Shown one piece after another: positions 1 through 9,227 of a DNA stretch of 64,000 bases; positions within the stretch are counted from its first letter, which is position 1; each line of letters starts with the position of its first letter. The position numbers and the translations under genes were made by a program. Location of the stretch: assembly GCA_002753735.1 (NCBI GenBank), contig PEAN01000009.1:15926-79925 (forward strand), read 5' to 3'. Below the pieces are notes generated by a model. The model was not told where the DNA came from. It did not search any database and worked only from the letters and a program-made list of their open reading frames with translations. Origin of the DNA: Magnetococcales bacterium DCbin4. Its GTDB lineage: Bacteria > Pseudomonadota > Magnetococcia > Magnetococcales > UBA8363.

Positions 1-133
1 TCGATCTGCCTTATCTGGAAGAAATGCCCGACGAACTGGATTGGGGTGGGTGATGCAGAGGTTGGGGTTAAGGCGAATATAGGGTATTATTTGGAAGTTA
101 TTTTCCCATTTCCCATTTCAGGGGTATGAACCC

Positions 134-364
134 ATGCAAACGCTGACCCGAATCACCTTGGATCCTGATCGGATGGGGGGAAAACCATGTATTCGCGGAA
201 TGCGGGTTACAGTGGGAACCATCATTGGTTTGATGGCCTCCGGCGCTTCAGTTGGTGAAGTATTGGAGTGCTATCCTTATCTTGAAGCCGAAGACATCCA
301 GGAAGCTTTGGCCTACGCGGCCTGGAGAACGGAAGAGGTGGAAGTAAACCTGGTTGCCTCATGA
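134..364 (+). CDS. DUF433-family small protein, putative antitoxin
   Basis: 76-aa ORF with an ATG start. GGKPCIRGMRVTV...EVLECYPYLEAEDIQEALAYA fits the DUF433 pattern as I know it. Its stop overlaps the next ORF start (ATGA at 361-364). Confidence 0.75.
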   Translation: MQTLTRITLDPDRMGGKPCIRGMRVTVGTIIGLMASGASVGEVLECYPYLEAEDIQEALAYAAWRTEEVEVNLVAS

Positions 365-729
365 AAATTTTGTTGGATATGAATCTGCCGCCATCATGGA
401 AAGAGACGTTACATGAGGCCGGGTTTGAATCAGTTCACTGGTCGGAAATTGGCCTACCCAACGCCTCGGATAAGGCCATCATGTCATGGGCAAAAAAGAA
501 CGAGTACATCATTTTCACTCATGATCTTGATTTTGGAACCCTCTTGGCGCTCAGTCATGCCAGTGAACCAAGCGTCTTCCAGGTTCGAACGCAAAACGTC
601 CTCCCAAAACATCTTTCAGGACTGGTCATTTCGGCGTTGAAGCAATTTGAAGGTGTCTTGACCCAAGGGGCCATGGTGACTGTAGACGAGGAACGAATGC
701 GCGCCCGGATCTTGCCCCTTCGCAAATAA
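361..729 (+). CDS. DUF5615-family PIN-like protein, putative toxin
   Basis: 122-aa ORF. MKILLDMNLPPSW...ASDKAIMSWAKKNEYIIFTHDLDFG fits the DUF5615/Mut7-C-like PIN pattern. It is translationally coupled to the DUF433 ORF. Confidence 0.75.
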   Translation: MKILLDMNLPPSWKETLHEAGFESVHWSEIGLPNASDKAIMSWAKKNEYIIFTHDLDFGTLLALSHASEPSVFQVRTQNVLPKHLSGLVISALKQFEGVLTQGAMVTVDEERMRARILPLRK

Positions 730-757
730 AACCTTTCCAAAAGGAACTCAGGATAAA

Positions 758-790
758 GGGGCAATCTCCCAGACCCTTTTTTCTTTCAAT
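758..790. repeat. Solo arm of the MITE-like repeat family (GGGGCAATCTCCCAGACCCTTTTTTCTTTCAAT)
   Basis: It matches the right arms at 53091-53121 and 44000-44033 with a few mismatches. It lies between the convergent toxin and MFS genes. Confidence 0.5.
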
Positions 791-814
791 CGTTTTTTTG
801 AATGTCAACACGCC

Positions 815-2050
815 CTAACAGGTATTGGATGAACGCCGTCTGCGCTCGGTCCAATTCACCATCATCAGCGCTCCCAGACCGAGGAGGGCGAAACCGCTGA
901 TCAGAGGGATCACGGTGCCATCGTACATTTGACCGATGCCTGTTCCCAGTGACATGGAAATGAATGAGGACAGGGCGCCGACGACGCTGGCGGCCACCCC
1001 TGCCTGGTGGCCCATCGGTTCCATGGCCAAGGCCGTGATGTTGCCGAACAGTATGCCCATGCAGAAGAGACAGCCACCACCCCATGCCATCAGTCCGGAT
1101 AACGGCAATTGAGTCATTCCGTTATGGAACAACAGCAACACGGTCGTCGAAATGACGATCTGAAAGGTGAGGGCGCTACGCACCAACAGTTGCATTCCCC
1201 ATTTCATGACCAGGCGGGCATTGGTCATCGATGCTGCGCCGACGCATAGGGCCAACAGGGAAAAATAAAGCGGAAACCGTGCCGCCAAGGCGTATTGCTG
1301 TTGTAAAATCTGTTGTACCGAAACCAGATAGCCGATGAACGCGCCAAAGATCAATCCCATGGCCAAAGTATAGCCCAGGGTGATTCGATTACAGCAGGTC
1401 GTCCACACCATTCCCCGCAGTCGTCCGAAGGAAAAAGGTTTGCGTTTGGAGGGATGAAGGGTTTCGGGCAACCGCAGACCGAACCAGATACATACGATCA
1501 GGGCGAGCAGCAGCATCAATCCGAAGAGGATTCGCCAATGGCCGATGGCGAGCACCCCCTGACCCAGCGCCGGGGCGATCACCGGAACCAGGATGAAGAC
1601 GGTCATCACCATGGAAGTGATTCGGGCCATCTGGCGGCCTGCGAACATGTCCCGAATGAGTGCGGTCGATACCGTGCGTGGACTGGCCGCCCCGATTCCC
1701 TGGAGAAAACGCCCCAACAACATGGTGGTGAAATCAACCGCAACCAACGAAATGACACAACCCGCCATGAACAGTGCCAATCCCATGAAGATGGCCCGCT
1801 TGCGTCCGATGCTGTCCGACAGGGGACCAAAAAACAATTGACCCACGGAAAACCCGAAAAACAAAAATGAAATGACCATTTGGTTGTCATTGGGGTGGGT
1901 TGTCCCGAGGTCGTCGCCGATGGCCTCCAGGGCGGGGAGCATGATATCAATGGAAAGGGCGACCATGGAGATCATCAAGGCCATCAATGGCACGAACTCC
2001 ATCTGACGAATCCCGGGGATCGTCATTTCCGAGCCAGGAAGCTGTTTCAT
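815..2050 (-). CDS. MFS transporter, Bcr/CflA-type drug efflux family
   Basis: About 12 hydrophobic segments. The N-terminal ALSIDIMLPALEAIGDDLG is typical of Bcr/CflA transporters. The ORF track starts at a TTG (2062), and the first ATG is at 2050. Confidence 0.8.
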   Translation of the reverse strand: MKQLPGSEMTIPGIRQMEFVPLMALMISMVALSIDIMLPALEAIGDDLGTTHPNDNQMVISFLFFGFSVGQLFFGPLSDSIGRKRAIFMGLALFMAGCVISLVAVDFTTMLLGRFLQGIGAASPRTVSTALIRDMFAGRQMARITSMVMTVFILVPVIAPALGQGVLAIGHWRILFGLMLLLALIVCIWFGLRLPETLHPSKRKPFSFGRLRGMVWTTCCNRITLGYTLAMGLIFGAFIGYLVSVQQILQQQYALAARFPLYFSLLALCVGAASMTNARLVMKWGMQLLVRSALTFQIVISTTVLLLFHNGMTQLPLSGLMAWGGGCLFCMGILFGNITALAMEPMGHQAGVAASVVGALSSFISMSLGTGIGQMYDGTVIPLISGFALLGLGALMMVNWTERRRRSSNTC

Positions 2051-2085
2051 GGTTCCACGCAATGTTGATATTCAATAAAAATATC

Positions 2086-2128
2086 AAAAGAAAAAAGGGG
2101 GCAATCCTTCAAGCCCCCTTTTTCTTTT
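2086..2128 (-). terminator. Intrinsic terminator hairpin (also a solo arm of the repeat family) downstream of the parE-like gene
   Basis: GGGGGC (2097-2102), a 10-nt loop, then GCCCCC (2113-2118). The hairpin is flanked by an A-run on the left and a T-run on the right. This gives a stem followed by a U-tract on both strands. Confidence 0.6.
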
Positions 2129-2140
2129 CAATATCAATAC

Positions 2141-4069
2141 TCAAATGTCCAGGCTTCCTTCCGCGAAAGGGGCCTTTTCCTGGATGAACAAAAACCGTTC
2201 CAAAGGTTTTTTGCCCATGAGCCGGTTGAAGGTGCCATGGGTCAGGTCGCTGTCATCCACAAACACCCGTAACAAGCGCCGCGAAGCGGGATCCATCGTG
2301 GTTTCGCGCAACTGTTTGGGATCCATCTCCCCCAACCCCTTGAATCTGGATTGATCAATTTTGGCCTTGCCCGATTTTGCCTTTTTCTTCTGGATTTTGG
2401 CAATCAATACCTCTTTTTCCACATCATCCAGGGCATACCAGCTTTCAGCGCCACAGGTCAAACGGTACAATGGGGGTTGGGCCAGATACAGATGGCCATT
2501 CTGGATCAACGGCGTCATGAACCGGAAAAAGAAGGTCAACAAAAGGCTTGCGATATGCGCACCATCAACATCGGCGTCGGTCATGATCACAATGCGGCCA
2601 TAGCGCAACGATCCCAGGTCGAACTGTTTGCCGCAACCCGTACCAATGGCGGTGACAAGACTTTGTATTTCCGTGTTCTTCTCAAATTTTTCCAGGTTGG
2701 CCTGCTCGACGTTGAGAATTTTTCCGCGTAACGGCAAAACCGCCTGGTTATAACGGTTGCGCGCCTGTTTGGCCGAACCTCCCGCCGAATCCCCCTCGAC
2801 GATGAACAATTCCGATTGGGTGTTGTCGCCGACGGTACAATCGGTCAGCTTGCCGGGCAGGGTCAGCCGTGTCGTGGCCGTCTTGCGTTTGACGGCATTC
2901 TGATCCTTTCTCCGATTTTGCCGATCCTGGGCCTTGTCCACGATGGCGGTCACCAATCGGGTCGCCTGTTCCACATCCCCATGCAGCCAATGATCCAGAT
3001 GATCCTTGATGGCGCTCTCCACCTGTCGGGTCACCCAGGCCGACGCCAATCGTTCCTTGGTCTGCCCGGAAAATTCAGGTTCGGAGATGAAAATGGAAAT
3101 GATGGCCCACATCCCCTCCAGCACATCCTCGGCGATGATGGCAATTCCCTTGGGCAGCAGGCTGCGGGTTTCGGCATATTCTCGGATCCCCCGCAGCAGG
3201 GCAGCGCGCAATCCCGCTTCATGGGTCCCCCCCTCCGGGGTGGGAATGGTGTTGCAGTAAGAGAGCATTTTGCCCTTTTCATCATGAGTCCAGGCCATGG
3301 CCCATTCCAGACGCAAAGGGTTGGCAGCTTCCGCCTGCTGTTCCACGGTTCCGGAAAACGTTTTGTCGATGATAAAAATTTTTCCCGTCAACCATTGATC
3401 GATGTAATCCTTGATGCCACCGGGGAAATGAAATTCATGGATCGCCCCCGTCTCCTCCACGGTCAGGTGAATCCGTACCCCGCGGTTCAGATAGGCCTTG
3501 GCACGGCACATCTCCAAAATGCGGTCAACGTTGAAGGTGATCTCGGGAAAAATGGTCGGATCGGGGAAAAATTCGACCCGGGTTCCCCGTTTCCTGGTGG
3601 CACCGACCTGGATCAGTCCAGAACTGGCAATCCCTTTGGAAAAAGTTTGACGCCAGCAAAAGCCGTCCCGCTCGACCGTGACTTCGGTCTGTTTGGAGAG
3701 GGCGTTGACCACCGAAATGCCGACACCGTTCAATCCACCCGATGTGGTATAAGCCTTGTTGTGAAATTTCCCGCCAGCATGCAGTTTGGTCAGGATGATT
3801 TCCAAGGCCGAAGTGTCTGGATAGCGCGGATGGGCATCAACAGGGATCCCCCGGCCATTGTCCTGCACCGATACCGATCCCGATTGGCCCAGCACGACAT
3901 CAATACGGTTGGCATGGCCCGCGACCACTTCATCGGTGGCATTGTCGAGAATTTCCGCCACCAGGTGGTGCAACGCCTTGAGATCGGTCCCCCCAATGTA
4001 CATGCCCGGGCGGCGCCGAACCCCTTCAAGCCCCTCAAGCACCTCAATGTGGGACGCATTATAACTCAT
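2141..4069 (-). CDS. parE: Type IIA topoisomerase ATPase subunit, ParE-like (topoisomerase IV subunit B)
   Basis: 642 aa. The N-terminus YNASHIEVLEGLEGVRRRPGMYIGGT is followed by GHKL ATPase, Toprim (EGDSAGG) and PLxGK motifs. The length fits ParE (about 630-690 aa) better than GyrB (about 800 aa). Confidence 0.8.
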   Translation of the reverse strand: MSYNASHIEVLEGLEGVRRRPGMYIGGTDLKALHHLVAEILDNATDEVVAGHANRIDVVLGQSGSVSVQDNGRGIPVDAHPRYPDTSALEIILTKLHAGGKFHNKAYTTSGGLNGVGISVVNALSKQTEVTVERDGFCWRQTFSKGIASSGLIQVGATRKRGTRVEFFPDPTIFPEITFNVDRILEMCRAKAYLNRGVRIHLTVEETGAIHEFHFPGGIKDYIDQWLTGKIFIIDKTFSGTVEQQAEAANPLRLEWAMAWTHDEKGKMLSYCNTIPTPEGGTHEAGLRAALLRGIREYAETRSLLPKGIAIIAEDVLEGMWAIISIFISEPEFSGQTKERLASAWVTRQVESAIKDHLDHWLHGDVEQATRLVTAIVDKAQDRQNRRKDQNAVKRKTATTRLTLPGKLTDCTVGDNTQSELFIVEGDSAGGSAKQARNRYNQAVLPLRGKILNVEQANLEKFEKNTEIQSLVTAIGTGCGKQFDLGSLRYGRIVIMTDADVDGAHIASLLLTFFFRFMTPLIQNGHLYLAQPPLYRLTCGAESWYALDDVEKEVLIAKIQKKKAKSGKAKIDQSRFKGLGEMDPKQLRETTMDPASRRLLRVFVDDSDLTHGTFNRLMGKKPLERFLFIQEKAPFAEGSLDI

Positions 4070-4667
4070 GATCAGGTCTCAAAAGGGTCAAAAATCGTCA
4101 GTGAATTGACGGCCATCCAACACATCATGGTAAAACAGAAAATGTTCAAATGCTACACGGATCAATCGATTTCGTCGATGACGTTGATCTCGCCAATCTC
4201 AATCAGGAATTCCAACCATTCCTCATAATCGTCAAGTTCTCTGAGTTTGGCCAATTCGGTAGGCTCAATGTCAAATTTCATGGTGCGGCACCCCTCGGCG
4301 TTTGGAATCATTTATATGATGATATTTGTGAGGGGTTATGCAATTAACGTACCTTAAATGAGCAGGTGATGTCGGTGATTTCATGCGCCATCATGGGTTG
4401 ATTGTGATGAATGTATATTATTATCATGTACAATTAGCATGAGCGTTCAAGCCATTTTTTCGGGTGTGAAATTTATGACGCAGGTCAACATAATCAATAT
4501 CAAAATGTTACAATCCATTCGCCCATGAAGGAAATATCTGATAACCCATGGCTCATGTGAAAAATCGATTGAAAATCGAACCTCAATGGTGTTCAATGTT
4601 CTTAAAAAGGCGTAACGAATTGTAAGTGAATCCTTGTTCCTTTCGGGGGGGAGCTGGGTTGAGTTGA

Positions 4668-7589
4668 ATGTCTTTGGTAAAACAGCTTTCGCAATGGATC
4701 ATGGCGTTTGGTGTGCTGCTTTTTTCCGGATGCCTGGTGCTGTTGCATTTTCACCAGGAACTGGACCGGCAGCAGATGCTGCAAGTCCAGGCCAATCAAA
4801 TCCTTGACCTGATTTTTCAATATCGGGCCACGGCAACTCCAGGCAACAGGGAGGGTTCGACCAACCCCTGGTGCATGGCGACGCGCCATTTTGGAACAGG
4901 GTCGAAACATTCCTTTATCATCAAGGATTTAAGTCTTCATCCCCTCAATCCTTTGAATTATCCTTCGTCTCAGGAACGCAAACTGTTTGCCGCCCTGGGA
5001 TCACAAAAGCTCGCGCCGACTTCCGATGGCCACATCACCGTTGAAGGGATCCGCTGGTATGTTCAGGCGCGCCCGGTACACTACGCACCGGAGTGTCTGG
5101 GGTGCCATGAAGAAATCAAAGGAGTCCTCGGCAAGGGAAGTTCAGCTTCAGACGGTATAACGTCCGCTCCATCGGTCATGTCCGCTACCCTGGTGTTCCT
5201 GGACCTGACATCGTATGGCAGATTTGATTTTCTTCTTTTGGATACAACAACGCTGGTCCTGGCTGGATGGGTGACATTTTCCTGTCTGCTGTTGTGGCTG
5301 TTGATCCGAAGGTGGGGGATTTTTTCGCTGACGAGGATGACCCGTGAGATGGAGTCCCTGATCACGGTTCCAGACCATGAACCATCCAGCATGACGGTTC
5401 CCGTCGAATTGGAGCGTCTGTACCAGATGTTCCAGAATCTCTCTCATGACCTGCAACATGCACAATCCTCCTTGAACGCGGGACTCAAGGAGTTGGAGGA
5501 GGAAGAAAACCGGTTTCGTGCGCTGACACAGTCGGCAACGGATGCCATCATTTCGGCGGATGAAGAAGGTGTGGTCACCTCGTGGAATCGGGGGGCGGAG
5601 CGGCTATTCGGCTATCAGGAACAGGAAATCATCGGCAAACCGGTTGCCATGCTGGTTCCCGCCAAATCCCTTTCGGCACACCTGAATGGCTACGCAGCCG
5701 CGGTCGTCGCCGGATTCACCCGCCGGCGTGAAGAAACCTTCGAACTTCATGGGGTGCATAAAAATGGCAACATTCTTCCCCTTGAGGCGGCTCTGTCCAC
5801 CTGGTCGCTCGGTGGGCATCGCCATTTTTGCGCCATCATGCGCGATATCAGCAAACGCAAAAGAAATGCAGAAAAAAGCCATCGCGATTTCATGTCCCGC
5901 GTCGCCATCAACAATATTCTTGAAGTGGCACTCAAGCCAATCTCCCTCAATGAAAAACTGACCAAATCGTTGCAGATCCTCCTGGCGGTCCCATGGCTTG
6001 CCTTGCAATACAAAGGTTCAATCTTCCTCATGAATTCCAAGACTGGAAAATTGGAGATGATTGTGGAACATGGTCTCGCCGATCAGGTCAAGGCAAGTTG
6101 CCGGGAAGTCTCCATGGGATTTTGTTTGTGTGGCCGGGCGGCCTCAACCCAACAATTGGTGTTTTCCTCCACCGTGGATGAACGTCATTCCGTTTTGTTC
6201 GAAGGAATGGCCGATCATGGACACTATTGCGTCCCGATCCTGTTGGGGGATCGACTTCTGGGTGTCGTCAATCTTTATCTCCAGGTCGGTCATCTTCGGG
6301 ATGTCGAAGAAATTCGGTTCTTGGAAACCGTGGCCCAAACCCTGGCCGGCATCATCGACAGAAAAATGACCGAACGCAAGTTGCGCTATCTGTCTCAGGC
6401 CCTGGAACAAAGTCCCGTCAGTATCATCATCACCGATACCCAGGGGCAGATCGAATACGTCAATCCAACCTGTTGCCGGGTTTCCGGTTATGAGGCACAT
6501 GAACTTTTGGGCAAAAATCCCAGAATCTTCAATTCAGGTGAGATGCCCGACAGCATTTACGAAACTTTGTGGAATACCATCCTGGCGGGCGACGTTTGGC
6601 ATGGAGAACTGCATAACCGTAGGAAAAATGGTGAGTTTTTCTGGGAAGATGCCTCCATTTCCCCCATCCGTTTTGAAAACGGGGTCATCCGTTTCTTTTT
6701 GGCCGTCAAGGAAGATATCACGCAACGCAAGCACCTGGAAAAATCCTTGTCGGAATTGTTGAGCACCCTCGATTTCCGGGTGATGGAACGGACACGGGAA
6801 TTGAACGCCAAGGTCGAAGAACTTGAACATGCACGCAACGAACTGGTGAAAAGTGAAAAAATGGCATCCCTGGGACGGTTGGTTGCAGGGTTCGCCCACG
6901 AAATCAATACCCCGATCGGCGTTGCCATCACCGGATTCTCCCTGGTCGGGGAGACCGTGCGTTCCATGGAACACATGTTGCGCCAGGAAGAAGTGCAGGA
7001 AGAGGACCTGCAAACGGCAATCGCAACCATTCGTGAAGCTTCCGATCTCGCCCTGACCAACATCTCCCGGGCGGGAGAACTTGTCGCCAGCTTTAAAAGA
7101 ACTTCGGTCGATCAAAGTTCCGATATTCGGCAACCGTTCGATGTCCGTGAAGTGGTCATGGATGTCGTGCGTTCGCTTCATAATCAACTTAAAAAAACAA
7201 ATATTGTCATTCACGTCGTCATTGAACCTTCCTTGAAAGTGATGAGTTGGCCAGGAACCTTGGAACAAATCCTGACAAACTTCATCATCAACAGCCTGAC
7301 TCATGGGTACCAGGAAGAAAACCCCACCGGGAAGATTATTATTTCTGCAACAATTACAAACAACCGGCTGTGTCTGGATTATTCCGACGACGGTCGTGGC
7401 ATGGAAGAGTCGGTGCGGGGCCTGGTGTTTGAGCCGTTCTTTACGACGACCCGACATCATGGTGGGAGTGGTTTGGGACTCTATCTATGTTACAATATCG
7501 TCACCTCCAAATTGAATGGAACCATTACATGTGAAAGTTCACCGGGCCAGGGAACTCAGTTTCACATCACTTTTCCCATTTCGGAATGA
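4668..7589 (+). CDS. Sensor histidine kinase: TM, CxxCH haem sensor domain (DUF3365-like), TM, PAS, GAF, PAS, DHp, HATPase
   Basis: 973 aa. CLGCH lies at nt 5094-5108. PAS signatures end in DISKRK and DITQRK. The H-box is FAHEINTPIG, and the G-boxes are DDGRGM and GGSGLGL. Confidence 0.85.
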   Translation: MSLVKQLSQWIMAFGVLLFSGCLVLLHFHQELDRQQMLQVQANQILDLIFQYRATATPGNREGSTNPWCMATRHFGTGSKHSFIIKDLSLHPLNPLNYPSSQERKLFAALGSQKLAPTSDGHITVEGIRWYVQARPVHYAPECLGCHEEIKGVLGKGSSASDGITSAPSVMSATLVFLDLTSYGRFDFLLLDTTTLVLAGWVTFSCLLLWLLIRRWGIFSLTRMTREMESLITVPDHEPSSMTVPVELERLYQMFQNLSHDLQHAQSSLNAGLKELEEEENRFRALTQSATDAIISADEEGVVTSWNRGAERLFGYQEQEIIGKPVAMLVPAKSLSAHLNGYAAAVVAGFTRRREETFELHGVHKNGNILPLEAALSTWSLGGHRHFCAIMRDISKRKRNAEKSHRDFMSRVAINNILEVALKPISLNEKLTKSLQILLAVPWLALQYKGSIFLMNSKTGKLEMIVEHGLADQVKASCREVSMGFCLCGRAASTQQLVFSSTVDERHSVLFEGMADHGHYCVPILLGDRLLGVVNLYLQVGHLRDVEEIRFLETVAQTLAGIIDRKMTERKLRYLSQALEQSPVSIIITDTQGQIEYVNPTCCRVSGYEAHELLGKNPRIFNSGEMPDSIYETLWNTILAGDVWHGELHNRRKNGEFFWEDASISPIRFENGVIRFFLAVKEDITQRKHLEKSLSELLSTLDFRVMERTRELNAKVEELEHARNELVKSEKMASLGRLVAGFAHEINTPIGVAITGFSLVGETVRSMEHMLRQEEVQEEDLQTAIATIREASDLALTNISRAGELVASFKRTSVDQSSDIRQPFDVREVVMDVVRSLHNQLKKTNIVIHVVIEPSLKVMSWPGTLEQILTNFIINSLTHGYQEENPTGKIIISATITNNRLCLDYSDDGRGMEESVRGLVFEPFFTTTRHHGGSGLGLYLCYNIVTSKLNGTITCESSPGQGTQFHITFPISE

Positions 7590-7593
7590 ATGA

Positions 7594-9165
7594 ATGAAAA
7601 TCATCCGTAAATCCAATGTCCAACCGGTTGCCGGTGAATCCCCTCCGATGAGGGACCATACCTCCTGGACGATTCTTGTTGTTGACGATGATCCCGATGT
7701 ATTGGCCATTACCCGGATCAGTTTGAAGGATTTCCGGTTTTCCGGACGCGGGGCGCGTTTGTTGTTTGCCCAAAGTGCCAAGGAGGCGTTGGAGATCTAT
7801 CGCAATGAACCCGGGATCGCCCTGGCTCTGATCGATGTGGTCATGGAAACCGATGATGCTGGATTGAAATTGGTCCAAACCATCCGGGAAGAGTTCCAGG
7901 ATCACACCATCCGCCTGATCATCCGTACCGGCCAGCCGGGTCATGCCCCTGAACGATATGTCATCGACAATTATGATATTGATGATTACAAGGAAAAAAC
8001 AGAACTGACCTCCATCAAGCTGTATACCACGGTCCGTTCCGCGCTCAAATCCTATCGCGATCTGCAATTGATCGAAACCAGCCGCAAAGGTTTGGAGATG
8101 GTACTCAATGCCGCGCCGGGAATGTATCTTCATCCTTTGGGAGAAACCTCCAATTTCTTCAGGGAAGCATTGTCTCAGGTGGTCCGTTTGTGTGAGGTGA
8201 CCTGTCACCATGAGAATCCGGTGTCTCCGATTTCGGGTTTTATCGCTACCCATGATCATTGTGTCCTGACACTGCAATGCCGTCATGGTCAGGTTTCCAT
8301 GGATGATCTGGCGGTCAAGTCGTTGGGGGAACGGCTGGGAAACAGGGTTGCTGGTGAAGGGATGATGTTGGATGTTGCGGGACAGATTATCCTCCCCTTG
8401 ATGATTCAGCATAAAATAATCGGGGTGATTTATCTGGAACACGTTGGAACCCTGAGCGAAAATGAGCGTTCCTTGTTGGAAGTGTTTTCCATTCAATGTG
8501 CCAATGCCCTGGAAAACATGCGATTGTATGATGCCTTGGAGGGGGCCAACCGTAATGCCATGCGCATGTTGGCGGTCGCGGCTGAATTCAAGGACAGCGA
8601 AACCGGGGATCATGTCAAGCGTCTGGCCCGTCAGACGGTCGAAACCGCCTTGGAACTGGGATGTTCAAACGAGGACGCCATGGAAATGGGACAGGCCAGT
8701 ATGATGCATGACATTGGCAAGATCGGTATCCCGGATGCGATTCTGCTGAAACCGGGCCGCTTGACCGATGATGAGTTCGAGGTGATCAAATCGCATCCGG
8801 GGATCGGTGCCGCCATTCTTGCGGAGGATGAACGGTTCAAAGTGGCGCTTCAGGTCGCTTTGTCCCATCATGAACGTTGGGATGGGACGGGTTATCCGAT
8901 GGGCCTCAAGGGTGAGGAAATTCCCTTGTCAGCCCGGATCGTCGCCGTCGTGGACGTGTTCGACGCCTTGGTGAGTGTTCGCCCCTACAAAAAAGCGTGG
9001 AGTGTCGCTCAGGCGTTGGAGGAAATCCAACGGGGATCTGGAAGTCATTTCGATCCCACGGTGGTTGAGGCGTTCCTTAAAACCCACCACAATCGGGGGG
9101 AAAAGAAGAGCGGTAACCCGTTTAATGAAATGTGGTCCCGGCGGGCGATGGACCGGAAAAAATAA
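7594..9165 (+). CDS. Response regulator with REC, a GAF-like linker (DUF3369-type) and an HD-GYP phosphodiesterase domain
   Basis: 523 aa. The REC domain includes VVDDDPD and DVVMETDD. The HD-GYP motifs are HDIGKIGIPD and HHERWDGTGYP. It starts 4 nt after the kinase stop. Confidence 0.9.
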   Translation: MKIIRKSNVQPVAGESPPMRDHTSWTILVVDDDPDVLAITRISLKDFRFSGRGARLLFAQSAKEALEIYRNEPGIALALIDVVMETDDAGLKLVQTIREEFQDHTIRLIIRTGQPGHAPERYVIDNYDIDDYKEKTELTSIKLYTTVRSALKSYRDLQLIETSRKGLEMVLNAAPGMYLHPLGETSNFFREALSQVVRLCEVTCHHENPVSPISGFIATHDHCVLTLQCRHGQVSMDDLAVKSLGERLGNRVAGEGMMLDVAGQIILPLMIQHKIIGVIYLEHVGTLSENERSLLEVFSIQCANALENMRLYDALEGANRNAMRMLAVAAEFKDSETGDHVKRLARQTVETALELGCSNEDAMEMGQASMMHDIGKIGIPDAILLKPGRLTDDEFEVIKSHPGIGAAILAEDERFKVALQVALSHHERWDGTGYPMGLKGEEIPLSARIVAVVDVFDALVSVRPYKKAWSVAQALEEIQRGSGSHFDPTVVEAFLKTHHNRGEKKSGNPFNEMWSRRAMDRKK

Positions 9166-9197
9166 GTTCATGTGGGGCGTGGTTGATCGATCACGAA

Positions 9198-9227
9198 TTG
9201 CATTGAGTCTCATGATGTGCTTATATT
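9198..9227 (+). promoter_or_regulatory. Candidate sigma70-like promoter for the TIR/SLOG pair
   Basis: TTGCAT (9198-9203), an 18-nt spacer, then TATATT (9222-9227). It is only usable if the TIR ORF starts at ATG 9238 or 9265 rather than GTG 9217. A 10-bp palindrome, TGATCGATCA, lies at 9184-9193. Confidence 0.25.

Noticed and set aside
1-52. 3' end of a plus-strand ORF entering from the left edge (...DLPYLEEMPDELDWGG, stop at 50-52)
   Set aside because: Only 16 codons are visible, so neither coding status nor identity can be supported.
565-580. GGTTCGAAC, a T-loop-like motif suggestive of a tRNA
   Set aside because: It lies inside the DUF5615 ORF, and no acceptor or anticodon stems can be drawn around it.
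2816-4228. 470-aa plus-strand ORF
   Set aside because: It is antisense shadow of the clearly recognisable ParE-like gene, with Gly/Pro/Arg-rich low-information sequence.
4162-4281. 39-aa acidic minus-strand mini-ORF (MKFDIEPTELAKLRELDDYEEWLEFLIEIGEINVIDEID) downstream of the parE-like gene, with a GAGGGG upstream
   Set aside because: It is too short to support without conservation or expression data, so I did not list it as a feature. It is worth a tblastn check.
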